From: an uncultured cyanobacterium
GTDB lineage: Bacteria; Cyanobacteriota; Cyanobacteriia; CAKZMO01
Reading direction: 5' to 3'
NCBI GenBank assembly: GCA_963719515.1
Contig: CAVRCJ010000003.1
Coordinates: 32,001 to 96,000, forward strand
Length of the DNA stretch: 64,000 bases
Part shown: positions 10,933-20,428 of the stretch, in pieces
Layout: each line of letters begins with the position of its first letter
How positions within the stretch are numbered: the first letter of the stretch is position 1
Translations under genes and position numbers: made by a program
Notes under the pieces: generated by a model
The model's input: only the letters and a program-made list of their open reading frames with translations
Told to the model about the DNA's origin: nothing
The model's database searches: none

Positions 10933-11322
10933 ATGAGCGACAATCAGGCTCTCCTTGAGACCAACCGATCTTTCTACCGCGCCTTCGAGCGCAAAGACCT
11001 CGACGCCATGTCATCTGTCTGGTCCCAGGGCACCGGTGTCCTCTGTATCCATCCGGGGCGGCAGAGCCTCAAGGGGTGGCAAGACGTGCGGGCGTCGTGG
11101 CAAATGATCTTTAAGAATACAGAGTACTTCGAGATTGAGCTACAGGTCATCTCGGCGGAAGTGAGCGGGACTCTGGGGTACGTTGTTCTGGTCGAACAGC
11201 TGTTTCAGGTGGTGCGCGGACAGCGCGTCGAGGCCAAATCCATGGCCACCAATGTCTTTGAGAAGCTGGGCGATCGCTGGTATTTGGTTCACCACCACGG
11301 CAGCCCGGTGGCGGGGCGATAG
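10933..11322 (+). CDS. SnoaL-like/NTF2-family protein
   Basis: FYRAFE..DLDAM..VW, CIHPG...L.GW and ATNVF...W.LVHHHGSP motifs. Confidence 0.85.
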   Translation: MSDNQALLETNRSFYRAFERKDLDAMSSVWSQGTGVLCIHPGRQSLKGWQDVRASWQMIFKNTEYFEIELQVISAEVSGTLGYVVLVEQLFQVVRGQRVEAKSMATNVFEKLGDRWYLVHHHGSPVAGR

Positions 11323-11408
11323 GCGGGACAAGTAACCCGGATGTAAGGACACCGTATGCTGCGCCCTTACTGTAGAGCCCTTACTGTAGAGTAGGAAAGC
11401 CGTTCCTC

Positions 11409-13031
11409 ATGCCCTACCCTGTGCCCAAGGCTCCCAACTCTCGCTCCCTCGTCAACATCGCTAGTATTGTCGCCATTGCCACACTGATCAGCAAAGTGTT
11501 CGGTCTGGTGCGGCAGCAGGCGATCGCCGCCATCTTCGGGGTAGGAGCCGCAGCTGACGCATACAACTACGCCTATGTCGTTCCGGGTTTCCTGCTAATT
11601 TTGCTGGGGGGCATCAACGGGCCATTTCACAGCGCTATGGTGAGTGCCTTAGCAAAGCGCGATCGCGAAGAGGCTGAGCCTCTAGTCGAAACCATGACCA
11701 CCCTGGTGGGGGCCGCACTGCTGGGGGTGACGCTGCTGATTTTTGTATTTGCCCACATTTTGATTGATTTAGTGGCCCCTGGGCTGAGCCAAACCGAAGC
11801 GGGGCTAGAAATTCGAGCGATCGCCATTGCCCAGCTGCGCATTATGTCGCCTATGGCGCTATTCGCGGGGTTGATTGGGATCGGCTTTGGCACCCTTAAC
11901 GCCGCCGACCACTATTGGCTCCCCTCAATTAGCCCACTGTTTTCTAGCTCGGTGGTGCTGCTGGGTTTGGGCTGGTTGGCCCTGAGTCTAGGGGAAGACA
12001 TCACGGCTCCGCAGTACGCGCTGCTGGGAGGGGTGGTGCTGGCTTGGGGTACCCTCGGAGGCGCAGCGCTGCAGTGGCTGGTTCAAATTCCGGTGCAGTG
12101 GCGCTCGGGGCTGGGAAAGCTGCGGCTGCGGTTCAACCTCAATCAGCCTGGCATCAGCGATGTGCTGAGGGTGATGGGACCGGCCACCTTCTCCTCCGGA
12201 ATGATGCAGATCAATGTCTATACAGACCTGTTTTTTGCCTCATTTATTCCTCAGGCTGCCGCTGCCCTTAGCTACGCCAATTTGCTGGTTCAAACCCCGT
12301 TGGGCATTGTCTCCAACGTCATTTTAGTTCCCTTGCTGCCTGTATTCTCTCGGCTTGCGGCCCCAGAACATCGCGAAGAGCTTAAAGACCGAGTTCGTCA
12401 GGGGCTCATGCTGACCGCCGTCACCATGCTGCCCCTCAGTGCCCTGATTATGACCTTGGCGCTACCGGCGGTGCGGGTAGTCTACGAGCGATTTGCCTTT
12501 GATCAAGAGGCGTCGCGGTTGGTGACAAGCGTGCTGATTGCCTACGGCGCGGGCATGTTTGTCTACCTAGGGAGAGACGTGCTGGTGCGGGTTTTTTATG
12601 GCCTAGGCGATGGGGCAACGCCGTTCCGTATCAGCATCGCCAACATTTTCCTCAATGCGGTGCTTGACTACTGGCTGGTTGACGCCTTCGGAGCTCCGGG
12701 TTTAGTTCTGGCAACCGTGGGCGTCAACGCCGTGTCAATGGTGCTCCTGCTGGGGCTGCTTGACCGCCGGCTCGGGGGACTGCCCTGGCGCAGCTGGCTG
12801 CGGCCCTTTTCGGGGCTGCTCCTCGCCAGCGCTGCGGCGGGTGGCGCCAGCTGGACGGCGAGGCTTGGGTTAGAGCAGATGCTGGGGACCGACGGCTTTG
12901 GCTCTCAACTTCTGGCGCTGATGGGCGGCGGCTTTGTCGGACTGGCGGCGTTTAGCGCGATCGCTCTGCGATTAGAAATACCTGAGGTCCGCCTGCTGGC
13001 CGACCAGATTCGCCGCAAGCTCGGGCGGTAG
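11409..13031 (+). CDS. murJ: Lipid II flippase MurJ (MviN)
   Basis: SKVFGLVRQ..IAA.FG and GGINGPFHSA motifs; many TM helices. Confidence 0.93.
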   Translation: MPYPVPKAPNSRSLVNIASIVAIATLISKVFGLVRQQAIAAIFGVGAAADAYNYAYVVPGFLLILLGGINGPFHSAMVSALAKRDREEAEPLVETMTTLVGAALLGVTLLIFVFAHILIDLVAPGLSQTEAGLEIRAIAIAQLRIMSPMALFAGLIGIGFGTLNAADHYWLPSISPLFSSSVVLLGLGWLALSLGEDITAPQYALLGGVVLAWGTLGGAALQWLVQIPVQWRSGLGKLRLRFNLNQPGISDVLRVMGPATFSSGMMQINVYTDLFFASFIPQAAAALSYANLLVQTPLGIVSNVILVPLLPVFSRLAAPEHREELKDRVRQGLMLTAVTMLPLSALIMTLALPAVRVVYERFAFDQEASRLVTSVLIAYGAGMFVYLGRDVLVRVFYGLGDGATPFRISIANIFLNAVLDYWLVDAFGAPGLVLATVGVNAVSMVLLLGLLDRRLGGLPWRSWLRPFSGLLLASAAAGGASWTARLGLEQMLGTDGFGSQLLALMGGGFVGLAAFSAIALRLEIPEVRLLADQIRRKLGR

Positions 13032-13065
13032 CGGCTCGTGGGTTACGCCAACAGGCTGCGCTTAC

Positions 13066-13371
13066 CTACAGACTTCGCTGATATTCCGTTAGCACAGCCA
13101 TAAGTTCACGGTGGCCCGCGTCAGGAATCAGTTCGCTCAGAGGCAGAGACTGCTTGCCGCCCCCCAGCTTAACCGAAATGCTGTTGAGTACTGCCTTTAC
13201 GCGACCTTCGTCCATGGAATCGGAGAGCATGGGGTAAAGTTGCTCTGCGATCGCCGTATGCAGATGGGCATCCTGTAAATAGAGGTGCCAATTGGCTACA
13301 TCAATGTAGACTTTATCGCCAATTTCAGCCGCTAAGGCTTCGACCGCTTCGCTGGTGCTGGAGTAAGCCAT
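13066..13371 (-). CDS. Conserved cyanobacterial protein (DUF3181-like)
   Basis: LAAEIGDKVYIDVANWHLYLQDAHL and V.LGGGK..LPL motifs. Confidence 0.75.
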   Translation of the reverse strand: MAYSSTSEAVEALAAEIGDKVYIDVANWHLYLQDAHLHTAIAEQLYPMLSDSMDEGRVKAVLNSISVKLGGGKQSLPLSELIPDAGHRELMAVLTEYQRSL

Positions 13372-13440
13372 GATCCTTCTCAGTCGCTATATCTGTGCAG
13401 CTCCTTTATCTCGGATGAAGGGCTGCTAGCTCAACGGTCC

Positions 13441-13731
13441 CTAGGGAGATTTTTCCCTCGCAAACCCTTTGCCCCCGGTTGCTGGTGGGGGTGCATCTGA
13501 GTAGTCTGCGATCGCAAAAACATACATGGCGTGGCTTACCAACACCGCCAGCCAAATCAAGCTAACCCCTCGGACCCAGTCCCAGTCGGGGAAGCGAAAC
13601 AGGTGGAAGAACCACAGGCCCGAGTTCACGGCGGCAGTTAGAGCAACATGAGTTGCAAAAGTTATGCGGTCGTCTAGGCGACGGAACGCAGGATCCTTAC
13701 GGTCGGGTTTGCGAGGCCAACGAGGGGGCAT
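13441..13731 (-). CDS. Small two-TM conserved cyanobacterial membrane protein
   Basis: MPPRWPRKPDRKDP N-terminus followed by two hydrophobic helices. Confidence 0.7.
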   Translation of the reverse strand: MPPRWPRKPDRKDPAFRRLDDRITFATHVALTAAVNSGLWFFHLFRFPDWDWVRGVSLIWLAVLVSHAMYVFAIADYSDAPPPATGGKGFAREKSP

Positions 13732-13954
13732 ATCGATTAATCAGATTTTAAGTTTAGACGGACGGTGGTCATATTACTTACTTTAACGCTGGTGTGTCTT
13801 TAGTGCTGACGGATTGACTGTTCGCCTGAAGCACCCGCCGCCAGCGTCCGTCGTAATCGACATAGCGCCAAAAAATCACGCAGGTTCAGCACAGGGATTG
13901 GGGGCGTCTACCAACAGTCCACCCTTTATCGTCATCCAATCACTACTGCAATCC

Positions 13955-14659
13955 ATGAAACTAACGGTAACTAGCGACACTATCTTCAAGCAGCGTCCTC
14001 GCCAGTCGCGCGAACTCTCTGGAAATGAGAAATTCTTGGTCAAAAAGCACACGACTTTTGACCTGAAGGCCCACAGCGCCGCGCCCCTGAAACACGTCCG
14101 CGTCACCTTTGAGACCCCCATCGGGCCGCAGCTCAAAGCCTCCTGGTATGTCTTTGGTGAGCATGTTTCCATTGAGGGTAACGAGCCCGGTAACAGCCCC
14201 CAGGAAACTACACCTGGGGACAGGCGCGCCGGGGGCTTTAAGCTGCCGGGGTATCGCAGTACGTTCTACTTAGAAAACCCGGTGCTGTCGGGGGGGAATT
14301 TCACCTGGGCTGAGGTCACCAAAAATGGACAGCGAATGCCAGCGACCAAGAGCCTAGTGACCGAGATCATGCGGATTGCGGATACCCTCCAAGATATCCG
14401 CGAACTCTTTGGCGATCGCCCCATGATTGTGACCTCTTGGTACCGTGATCCAGCCACCAATCGCCGGGTGGGTGGGGCAAGAAAAAGCCGCCACCTTACC
14501 GGAGGTGCCGTCGACTTTAAAATTTCTGGGGTGTCTCCCGCTGAAGTACAGCGGCGGCTCGACCCCTGGTGGGGACAGCGTGGCGGATTAGCCAGCGCCA
14601 GCACGTTTACCCACATCGACAACCGGGGGTATCGGGCGCGCTGGCGCTACGGGCGCTAG
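13955..14659 (+). CDS. Peptidase M15A (D-Ala-D-Ala carboxypeptidase-like)
   Basis: TSWYR...N.RVGGA..SRH..G.AVDF and FTHIDNRG motifs. Confidence 0.88.
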   Translation: MKLTVTSDTIFKQRPRQSRELSGNEKFLVKKHTTFDLKAHSAAPLKHVRVTFETPIGPQLKASWYVFGEHVSIEGNEPGNSPQETTPGDRRAGGFKLPGYRSTFYLENPVLSGGNFTWAEVTKNGQRMPATKSLVTEIMRIADTLQDIRELFGDRPMIVTSWYRDPATNRRVGGARKSRHLTGGAVDFKISGVSPAEVQRRLDPWWGQRGGLASASTFTHIDNRGYRARWRYGR

Positions 14660-14700
14660 CGGAAACCGCTGCGCAGCTGGGACGAGGAAATTTCTGAGAG

Positions 14701-15216
14701 TTAGGGGCGATCGCTAGCAGCGCGATAGTCCCCTGACTTGCCCCCTATCTTACTCACCAGGTGAATCCCTTCAATGGTCATAGATTTTTCCAGGGCTTTC
14801 ACCATGTCGTACAGCGTCAGGGCCGCCACAGCGACGGCGGTCAACGCTTCCATCTCCACGCCGGTTTCGGCGGTTGTCTTCGCCATCGCCTCAATTCGAT
14901 ATCCTGGCAGGGTCCTATCGGCAACAATTTGGACCTCGACGGTCTTTAGAGGCAGCGGATGGCATAGGGGAATCAGCTGCGCGGTCTGCTTGGCCGCCAT
15001 GATACCCGCTAGCCGAGCGGTGCCCAACACGTCCCCTTTGGGCGCGTTGCCGGTCTCAACAGCCTCCAGCGTTTGGGGCTGCATGCGCACCTGCCCTGCG
15101 GCGATCGCCTGCCGCAGGGTAGCAGTTTTCTGTGAGACATCTACCATCTGCGCCTGCCCTTGGCTGTCGAGATGGGAGAGCGACCCGTCAGCGGATGGCC
15201 CCTGGGAGTTGTTCAT
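14701..15216 (-). CDS. moaC: Cyclic pyranopterin monophosphate synthase MoaC
   Basis: [35 protein letters not shown] and K.GGKSG motifs. Confidence 0.96.
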   Translation of the reverse strand: MNNSQGPSADGSLSHLDSQGQAQMVDVSQKTATLRQAIAAGQVRMQPQTLEAVETGNAPKGDVLGTARLAGIMAAKQTAQLIPLCHPLPLKTVEVQIVADRTLPGYRIEAMAKTTAETGVEMEALTAVAVAALTLYDMVKALEKSMTIEGIHLVSKIGGKSGDYRAASDRP

Positions 15217-15248
15217 AGACAATTTTGGGCTAGAGGACAAACTTTAGG

Positions 15249-15276
15249 TTGCATTTTCATCAGGCTATGATACTAT
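15249..15276 (+). promoter_or_regulatory. Sigma70-type promoter of tRNA-Arg
   Basis: TTGCAT, a 16-nt spacer, then TACTAT with an upstream TG; ends 13 nt before the tRNA. Confidence 0.55.
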
Positions 15277-15289
15277 AGAAATCCTGTGA

Positions 15290-15363
15290 GGGCTTGTAGC
15301 TCAGTGGACTAGAGCACGTGGCTACGGACCACGGTGTCGGGGGTTCGAATCCCTCCTAGCCCG
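15290..15363 (+). tRNA. tRNA-Arg(ACG)
   Basis: Cloverleaf with acceptor GGGCTTG/CTAGCCC, anticodon arm CGTGG-CTACGGA-CCACG and T-loop GTTCGAATC; no encoded CCA. Confidence 0.96.
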
Positions 15364-15370
15364 TTCAAGA

Positions 15371-15403
15371 GAGGTAAGGGTATTTTCCCCTTGCCTCTTT
15401 TTT
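15371..15403 (+). terminator. Intrinsic terminator after tRNA-Arg
   Basis: Stem GAGGTAAGGG...CCCTTGCCTC followed by TTTTTT. Confidence 0.8.
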
Positions 15404-15628
15404 AAATGCCCGGATACCTGATTGTATTGGACTACCCTGTTTATGGCCTTACCGCATGGCCCTACCGCTAAGCCGCGACAGCACAGCGCGATTTCTCAGC
15501 CGCTTCTTGAAAAGCTGTGCGCTCTTCAACATCTGAATTAAACTAGATTAAGGTATAAGGGGCCTCGCTGACGGGTCCTCATTAACATACTTGTTTGTTT
15601 GTTTGAAAACCCGACAGGATGAAGACCC

Positions 15629-16402
15629 ATGGGATTGTTTGACCGTGTGAGCCGGGTTGTCCGGTCTAACCTTAATGCAATGGTTGGTGCTGCTGAAGAT
15701 CCTGAAAAGATCTTGGATCAAGCCCTTGAGGATATGAGGGAAGACTTGATTCAGATGCGGCAGGCTGTCGCTCGGGCGATCGCCAGCCAAAAGCGGGTGC
15801 AGCAGCAGTACAACCAAGCTGACTCTGAGGCGGGCAAGTGGCAGCAAAGAGCCCAGCTGGCCCTACAGAAAGGCGACGAAGATCTAGCCCGGCAGGCATT
15901 GAGCCGTAAGAAGGTCCAGGCGGAGACGGCCAACGCGCTCAAAGGACAGCTCGACCAGCAGGCCGGTCAGGTCGAAACTCTAAAGCGCAATCTGATTGCC
16001 CTAGAGGGCAAGATTTCTGAAGCTAAAACCAAAAAAGACATGCTCAAAGCCCGGGCCAGCGCGGCCAAGGCCAACGAGCAGCTGCAGAACACCATCGGCC
16101 AAACCAGCACGGGCTCCTCCATGGCCGCTTTTGAGCGCATGGAAGAGAAGGTGCAAATGATGGAAGCTCGCTCAGAGGCGGCAGCAGAGATTGCAGGCTC
16201 CGATCTAGACAGCCAGTTTAACCAGCTTGAGGCCGGTTCTGACGTCGACGACGAGCTAGCGGCTATGAAGCAGCAAATGCTGGGCGGGGCTCCCGAAAGC
16301 CAAGGGCAGCTGCCGGCGGCAAGCGATTCGACGCCCAAGGGCACCGACGCCACGACCGACGCTGAGCTAGAGGAGCTGAGGAAACAAATCGACCAGCTCT
16401 AG
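15629..16402 (+). CDS. vipp1: PspA/IM30-family protein VIPP1
   Basis: MGLFDRVSRVVRSNLN..AEDPEKIL and AFERMEEKV motifs, plus the extra C-terminal helix (DAELEELRKQIDQL). Confidence 0.92.
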   Translation: MGLFDRVSRVVRSNLNAMVGAAEDPEKILDQALEDMREDLIQMRQAVARAIASQKRVQQQYNQADSEAGKWQQRAQLALQKGDEDLARQALSRKKVQAETANALKGQLDQQAGQVETLKRNLIALEGKISEAKTKKDMLKARASAAKANEQLQNTIGQTSTGSSMAAFERMEEKVQMMEARSEAAAEIAGSDLDSQFNQLEAGSDVDDELAAMKQQMLGGAPESQGQLPAASDSTPKGTDATTDAELEELRKQIDQL

Positions 16403-16431
16403 GCGCGGGCCTCTTGGAGGAATAGCGCCCT

Positions 16432-17634
16432 GTGTTTGCCAAGCGCTCTATTCTGGTGGGCGTCAGCGGTGGTATCGCAGCGTACAAGGTCTGTGAGATT
16501 GTCTCTACTTTGGCGAAGGCCGGAGCGTCTGTCCAGGTCATCCTCAGCGGCGGGGCGCAGCAGTTTATCTCTCCGCTGACCTTCGCGACCCTAGCTCGTC
16601 AGCCCGCCTACACCGATGCAGACTTCTGGCAACCCCACGCTCGGCCCCTTCACATCGCGCTGGGTGAGCAGGCGGATGTCTTTGTAATTGCCCCTGCCAC
16701 GGCCAATACCCTCGGCAAACTGGCCCATGGACTGGCCGATAGTTTGCTGACCAACGCAGTTTTGGCGTCCACCTGCCCGCTGCTGCTGGCCCCCGCCATG
16801 AACACCGATATGTGGCAGCAGGATGCCGTACAGCGCAACTGGAAACAGCTCCAGGGGGGCCGCTATCACGCGGCGGGACCGGGAGCGGGACGCCTGGCCT
16901 GCGATCGCGTCGGCGATGGGCGGATGGCGGAGCCCGCCCAAATTCTGGCTCACTTGGCGTCTCTGCTGCAGACCGGCGGGCAAAGAGATCTGGCGGGGAA
17001 GCGCGTTCTCATCAGCGCGGGCAGCACCCGAGAGCATTTAGACCCGGTGCGCTTTATCGGCAATCCCGCCACGGGCAAAATGGGCGTCGCCCTGGCCCAG
17101 GCAGCGCTGCACCGGGGGGCGCAGGTAACGCTGGTGCATGGCCCTGCGGAGATGGCCGTATTGGACGGGCTGTCGGGGGTGACCCGGGTCCCTGTAACTA
17201 CCGCTGAGCAGATGCAGACTGCCCTTCTGGCCCACAGCCCGCAGGCCGACTGGGTGGTGATGGCAGCGGCGGTTGCCGACGTCAAGCCCGCTCAGCGCCA
17301 TCCCCATAAGCTGCCTAAGTCAGCGATTCCCGAACAGCTCCCCCTAGCGGCAGTGCCTGACATCTTGAGCCAGCTGAGCCAGCGCCGCCACCCAGGCCAA
17401 AGGCTCGTCGGGTTTGCCGCGCAGACGGGAGATATCTACCCCCCTGCCAAAGAGAAGCTTGAGCGCAAGGGCCTAGACCTGATCGTGGCCAATCCTATCG
17501 ACCAGCCGGACGCTGGATTCGGGAGCGATCGCAATCGGGCGCTCATCATCAGCAAGGACGGCACCGTGAAACAGATTCCGCCCTGCCACAAGCTTGAGCT
17601 CGCTCACCAAATATTCGACCAAGGACTGGGTTAA
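16432..17634 (+). CDS. coaBC: Bifunctional PPC decarboxylase / phosphopantothenate-cysteine ligase
   Basis: [36 protein letters not shown] and AAAVAD motifs. Confidence 0.96.
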   Translation: MFAKRSILVGVSGGIAAYKVCEIVSTLAKAGASVQVILSGGAQQFISPLTFATLARQPAYTDADFWQPHARPLHIALGEQADVFVIAPATANTLGKLAHGLADSLLTNAVLASTCPLLLAPAMNTDMWQQDAVQRNWKQLQGGRYHAAGPGAGRLACDRVGDGRMAEPAQILAHLASLLQTGGQRDLAGKRVLISAGSTREHLDPVRFIGNPATGKMGVALAQAALHRGAQVTLVHGPAEMAVLDGLSGVTRVPVTTAEQMQTALLAHSPQADWVVMAAAVADVKPAQRHPHKLPKSAIPEQLPLAAVPDILSQLSQRRHPGQRLVGFAAQTGDIYPPAKEKLERKGLDLIVANPIDQPDAGFGSDRNRALIISKDGTVKQIPPCHKLELAHQIFDQGLG

Positions 17635-17732
17635 CCTGCCCTTAACGAATTGTAACGATAGGTCAGCTATTCTGATAGGAGCCAAATTTTTGAAATAGGC
17701 CGCGTATGCCCGTCCTTTTGGTCTCCTTTCCC

Positions 17733-18425
17733 ATGTTCGACCTCCTGATAAAAGGGGGGATCGTCATGATTCCGCTGCTGCTGCTGTCCATACTGACCAT
17801 CGCCACGTCGCTAGAGCGGCTGATATTTTGGTACCGATTGTTGAGCAAAGAAGATCGCATCGTCCAGGATGTGGTCGACGCTGCTCACCATAGCCTCACA
17901 GAAGCCCGCCACATTGCCGAGCGCGCCAGCGACCTTGCCATTGGCCGGTTTTTGCTGTCTCCCCTGAGACTGCATCAGCCTTCTCCCGAGACGTTTCGGC
18001 TCGCCATGGAGTCTGCCGCCGACAAAGAGTTTGTCCGTATGCGGCGGGGCGATAAGTTTTTAGAAACGGTGGTGGCCCTTTCGCCGCTCATTGGCCTTTT
18101 GGGAACCGTGACGGGACTGATCCGGACCTTCAACAACCTCGACATCGGCGGTCAGGGGTCGGGAGAGAGCGGTGAACTGGCGGCGGCGGGAATTGGTGAA
18201 GCGCTGATCACGACGGCGGCAGGGATGTTTGTAGCTATCTTAGCGCTGGTATTTTTCCGCGTCTTTGTGACGCTGCAGTCGCGGCAGATGGACTACTTTT
18301 CTGAGGTGGGTAGTGAGCTAGAGCTAATTTATCGTCAGGAGTGGTACGAAAAGGACAGCGTGAGTCATGAGGACGTGAGTTACGAGGACAGGCGGCTTCC
18401 TTCTGAAGCCCCCACCTCAATTTAG
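17733..18425 (+). CDS. exbB: MotA/TolQ/ExbB proton channel protein
   Basis: KGGIVMIPL, SPLIGLLGTVTGLI..F and GIGEALITTAAG motifs. Confidence 0.9.
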   Translation: MFDLLIKGGIVMIPLLLLSILTIATSLERLIFWYRLLSKEDRIVQDVVDAAHHSLTEARHIAERASDLAIGRFLLSPLRLHQPSPETFRLAMESAADKEFVRMRRGDKFLETVVALSPLIGLLGTVTGLIRTFNNLDIGGQGSGESGELAAAGIGEALITTAAGMFVAILALVFFRVFVTLQSRQMDYFSEVGSELELIYRQEWYEKDSVSHEDVSYEDRRLPSEAPTSI

Positions 18426-18449
18426 CTACTAGACAGGAAGCCCCGCGCT

Positions 18450-18632
18450 CTACCCGTCAGGGTGAGCGTCGGGATGAGAGTCGCGGTCGTCGATGGGGCT
18501 CAATGCCCCGGAGACGGCCAAACTTCGGATGTACTCCCTAAGGACATCGTTGATAGTTCTTTCGGTCATCTCACAATACTTGTCAAGATGCTGCTTTTCT
18601 CTGTCAGCGGCTCTAATAGTTATTTGCTGCAT
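18450..18632 (-). CDS. Putative ribbon-helix-helix (CopG-like) DNA-binding protein inside IS element 1
   Basis: MQQITIRA (alternating beta strand), DREKQHLDKYCEMT (helix A), RTINDVLREYIRSL (helix B); transcribed divergently from tnpB. Confidence 0.65.
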   Translation of the reverse strand: MQQITIRAADREKQHLDKYCEMTERTINDVLREYIRSLAVSGALSPIDDRDSHPDAHPDG

Positions 18633-18665
18633 GTCGTTCTGATGTCAATATGCTATCATTATTGC

Positions 18666-19862
18666 ATGAAAGTCACTTATCAGTACAAGTTGCGTCCAGC
18701 GGCTGAGCAAACGGTTACCATGACCCGATGGCTAGACATGCTTCGGGCACAGTACAACTGGTTGCTGGCTGAGCGATTCGACTGGTGGGAGATGAACCGC
18801 TGTTCGGTCAACGCCTGCCCACTCACCTGTAGCCTTGCGCCACTCAAAGATAATCCTAATTACTACAGCCAGAAGGCTAGCCTAGTACCTCTCAAGCGAG
18901 AGCGACCCTGGTACAAAGATTTGCACTCACAAGCGCTTCAGGAGGTGACGAAGCAGGTAAAGCAGACGTTCGAGCGTTTCATCAAAGGTGATAAAAACGG
19001 TAAGCGTAGCGGCAAGCCTCGGTTCAAAGGCGCGGGGCGCTACAGGACGTTCACGTTCCCGCAGATGAAACCTGACTGCATCGATGGAAGTCGTATTACC
19101 CTGCCTAAGATTGGCCAGGTGAAGCTAATCCTTCATCGCCCGATACCTGATGGGTTTACTGTCAAAACCGCCAAGGTGACTCGCAAAGCAGATGGTTGGT
19201 ATGTGAGCCTGTTACTGGAAAACAATGCCGTTCCGATGCTTACTCCGGATGTCGATAGGGCTAAGTCTGTCGGTGTTGACGTTGGGCTGAAGGATTTCTT
19301 GGTTACCAGTGACGGTGAGAGCGTTCCTATCCCTCAGTTCTTTCGACGCTCAGAGCGGCAGCTATCCAAGCTGCAGCGGCAGCTATCGAGACAGAAGAAG
19401 GGCTCTAACCGCTGGCGTAAGCAGGTGAATCGTATCGCCAAACTACACCTAAAGATATCGCGTCAGCGTCGTGATTTCTTTTCTAAGGTGTGGGATTGGC
19501 TGTTTTCAAAGTACGATGTTGTCGCTCATGAAAAGCTCAACATCAAAGGACTTGCTCGAACCAGACTGGTAAAGTCAATCGCTGATGCCGCATGGGGTAC
19601 ATTCTTGGAGATAGGCTCTTTCAAAGCCGCGAAAGCTGGAAAGATGACCATCGCTGAGAACCCACGCGGAACCAGCATTGATTGCTCGGGTTGTGGTGAG
19701 CGGGTACCAAAGACGCTGGCCGATCGGGTCCATAGTTGCCCGTCATGCGGCTTAACGATCTGTCGCGACCACAACGCGGCTATCAACCTATTGAATAGGG
19801 CTGTGGGACATCAAGCCCTTAATCTCTCAGGAAATGTCTCAGCAGTAGCTGGGAGTCACTGA
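18666..19862 (+). CDS. tnpB: RNA-guided endonuclease TnpB (398 aa)
   Basis: N-terminal YQYKLRP, RuvC-I GVDVGL, RuvC-II AHEKL, Zn finger CSGC..CPSC and RuvC-III RDHNAAINL. Confidence 0.95.
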   Translation: MKVTYQYKLRPAAEQTVTMTRWLDMLRAQYNWLLAERFDWWEMNRCSVNACPLTCSLAPLKDNPNYYSQKASLVPLKRERPWYKDLHSQALQEVTKQVKQTFERFIKGDKNGKRSGKPRFKGAGRYRTFTFPQMKPDCIDGSRITLPKIGQVKLILHRPIPDGFTVKTAKVTRKADGWYVSLLLENNAVPMLTPDVDRAKSVGVDVGLKDFLVTSDGESVPIPQFFRRSERQLSKLQRQLSRQKKGSNRWRKQVNRIAKLHLKISRQRRDFFSKVWDWLFSKYDVVAHEKLNIKGLARTRLVKSIADAAWGTFLEIGSFKAAKAGKMTIAENPRGTSIDCSGCGERVPKTLADRVHSCPSCGLTICRDHNAAINLLNRAVGHQALNLSGNVSAVAGSH

Positions 19863-19908
19863 GGAAGCCCGCGCTGTATGCGTAGCATCAGCGTCGGGAG
19901 GATGTCAC
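19797..19908 (+). ncRNA. Predicted omegaRNA scaffold of element 1 (guide = flank from 19909)
   Basis: Overlaps the tnpB 3' end. Stems AGGGCT/AGCCCT, CTCAG/CTGAG, TCTCAGC/GCTGGGA and the right-end hairpin, ending in TCAC. The 5' boundary is estimated. Confidence 0.6.
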
Positions 19909-19940
19909 GCGCTAACCCAGATCTAAGCGGAACCAGTCCT

Positions 19941-20357
19941 ATGCCACTCCACAAGCGTAAAGAGCCCGCCATCCCGACGGTAAATCTCATTCCGATGCTC
20001 AACGTTATGCTGGGCATTCTGGCATTTTTTGTGTTGATTACCATGTCGCTGACCCTGCCCACGGGCTTAGAGGTCCAGCTTCCCGCCCGCTCAGACTCGC
20101 CGTCCCCCGCCGCTCCTGAAGACGGCGAGCCTCCTCTAATCGTCACGCTAGAAGCAGAGGACCGGATTTTGATTAAAGAGACCCGGCTCTCTCAAGAGGA
20201 GGCTAGGGCGCAGGTGCAGCAGTACCTGGCTGGCAGTGAAGAGCGACTGGTCTACATCAAGGCAGAACCAGAGGCGGCCTACTTAGATGTAGTTCAGTTC
20301 GTGCTGCAGATGAAGGAAGCAGGAGGCGATCGCGTTTCCCTGGCTATTGAGGAGTAA
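19941..20357 (+). CDS. exbD: ExbD/TolR-family protein (Asn in place of the conserved TM Asp)
   Basis: VNLIPMLNVML TM segment, V.LP, Y..V and GG.RVSLA motifs. The ORF-track start at 19878 lies inside the IS, so ATG 19941 is preferred. Confidence 0.85.
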   Translation: MPLHKRKEPAIPTVNLIPMLNVMLGILAFFVLITMSLTLPTGLEVQLPARSDSPSPAAPEDGEPPLIVTLEAEDRILIKETRLSQEEARAQVQQYLAGSEERLVYIKAEPEAAYLDVVQFVLQMKEAGGDRVSLAIEE

Positions 20358-20428
20358 GCGCAGGGGATTGGTCGGGGCGCAGCCTGCCGTGCCCCCCAGC
20401 AGCAGAAAGTTCTTAAAGGGTAAATGTT

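Larger units (their letters stand above)
18426..19908 (+). mobile_element. IS200/IS605-family (IS1341-like, tnpA-less) element 1
   Basis: The left end CTACTAGACAGGAAGCCCCGCGC...AGCGTCGGG hairpin follows TTTAG. The right end reads GAAGCCCGCGC...AGCGTCGGGAGGATGTCAC. It contains tnpB and shows no target duplication. Confidence 0.88.

Noticed and set aside
15290..15630. tRNA-Arg as an integration site
   Set aside because: No integrase and no duplicated tRNA 3' end; the flanks are housekeeping genes.
18462..18665. 68-aa N-terminal extension of TnpB in the ORF track
   Set aside because: It overlaps the left-end hairpin and the RHH gene. TnpB homology and promoter geometry point to ATG 18666.
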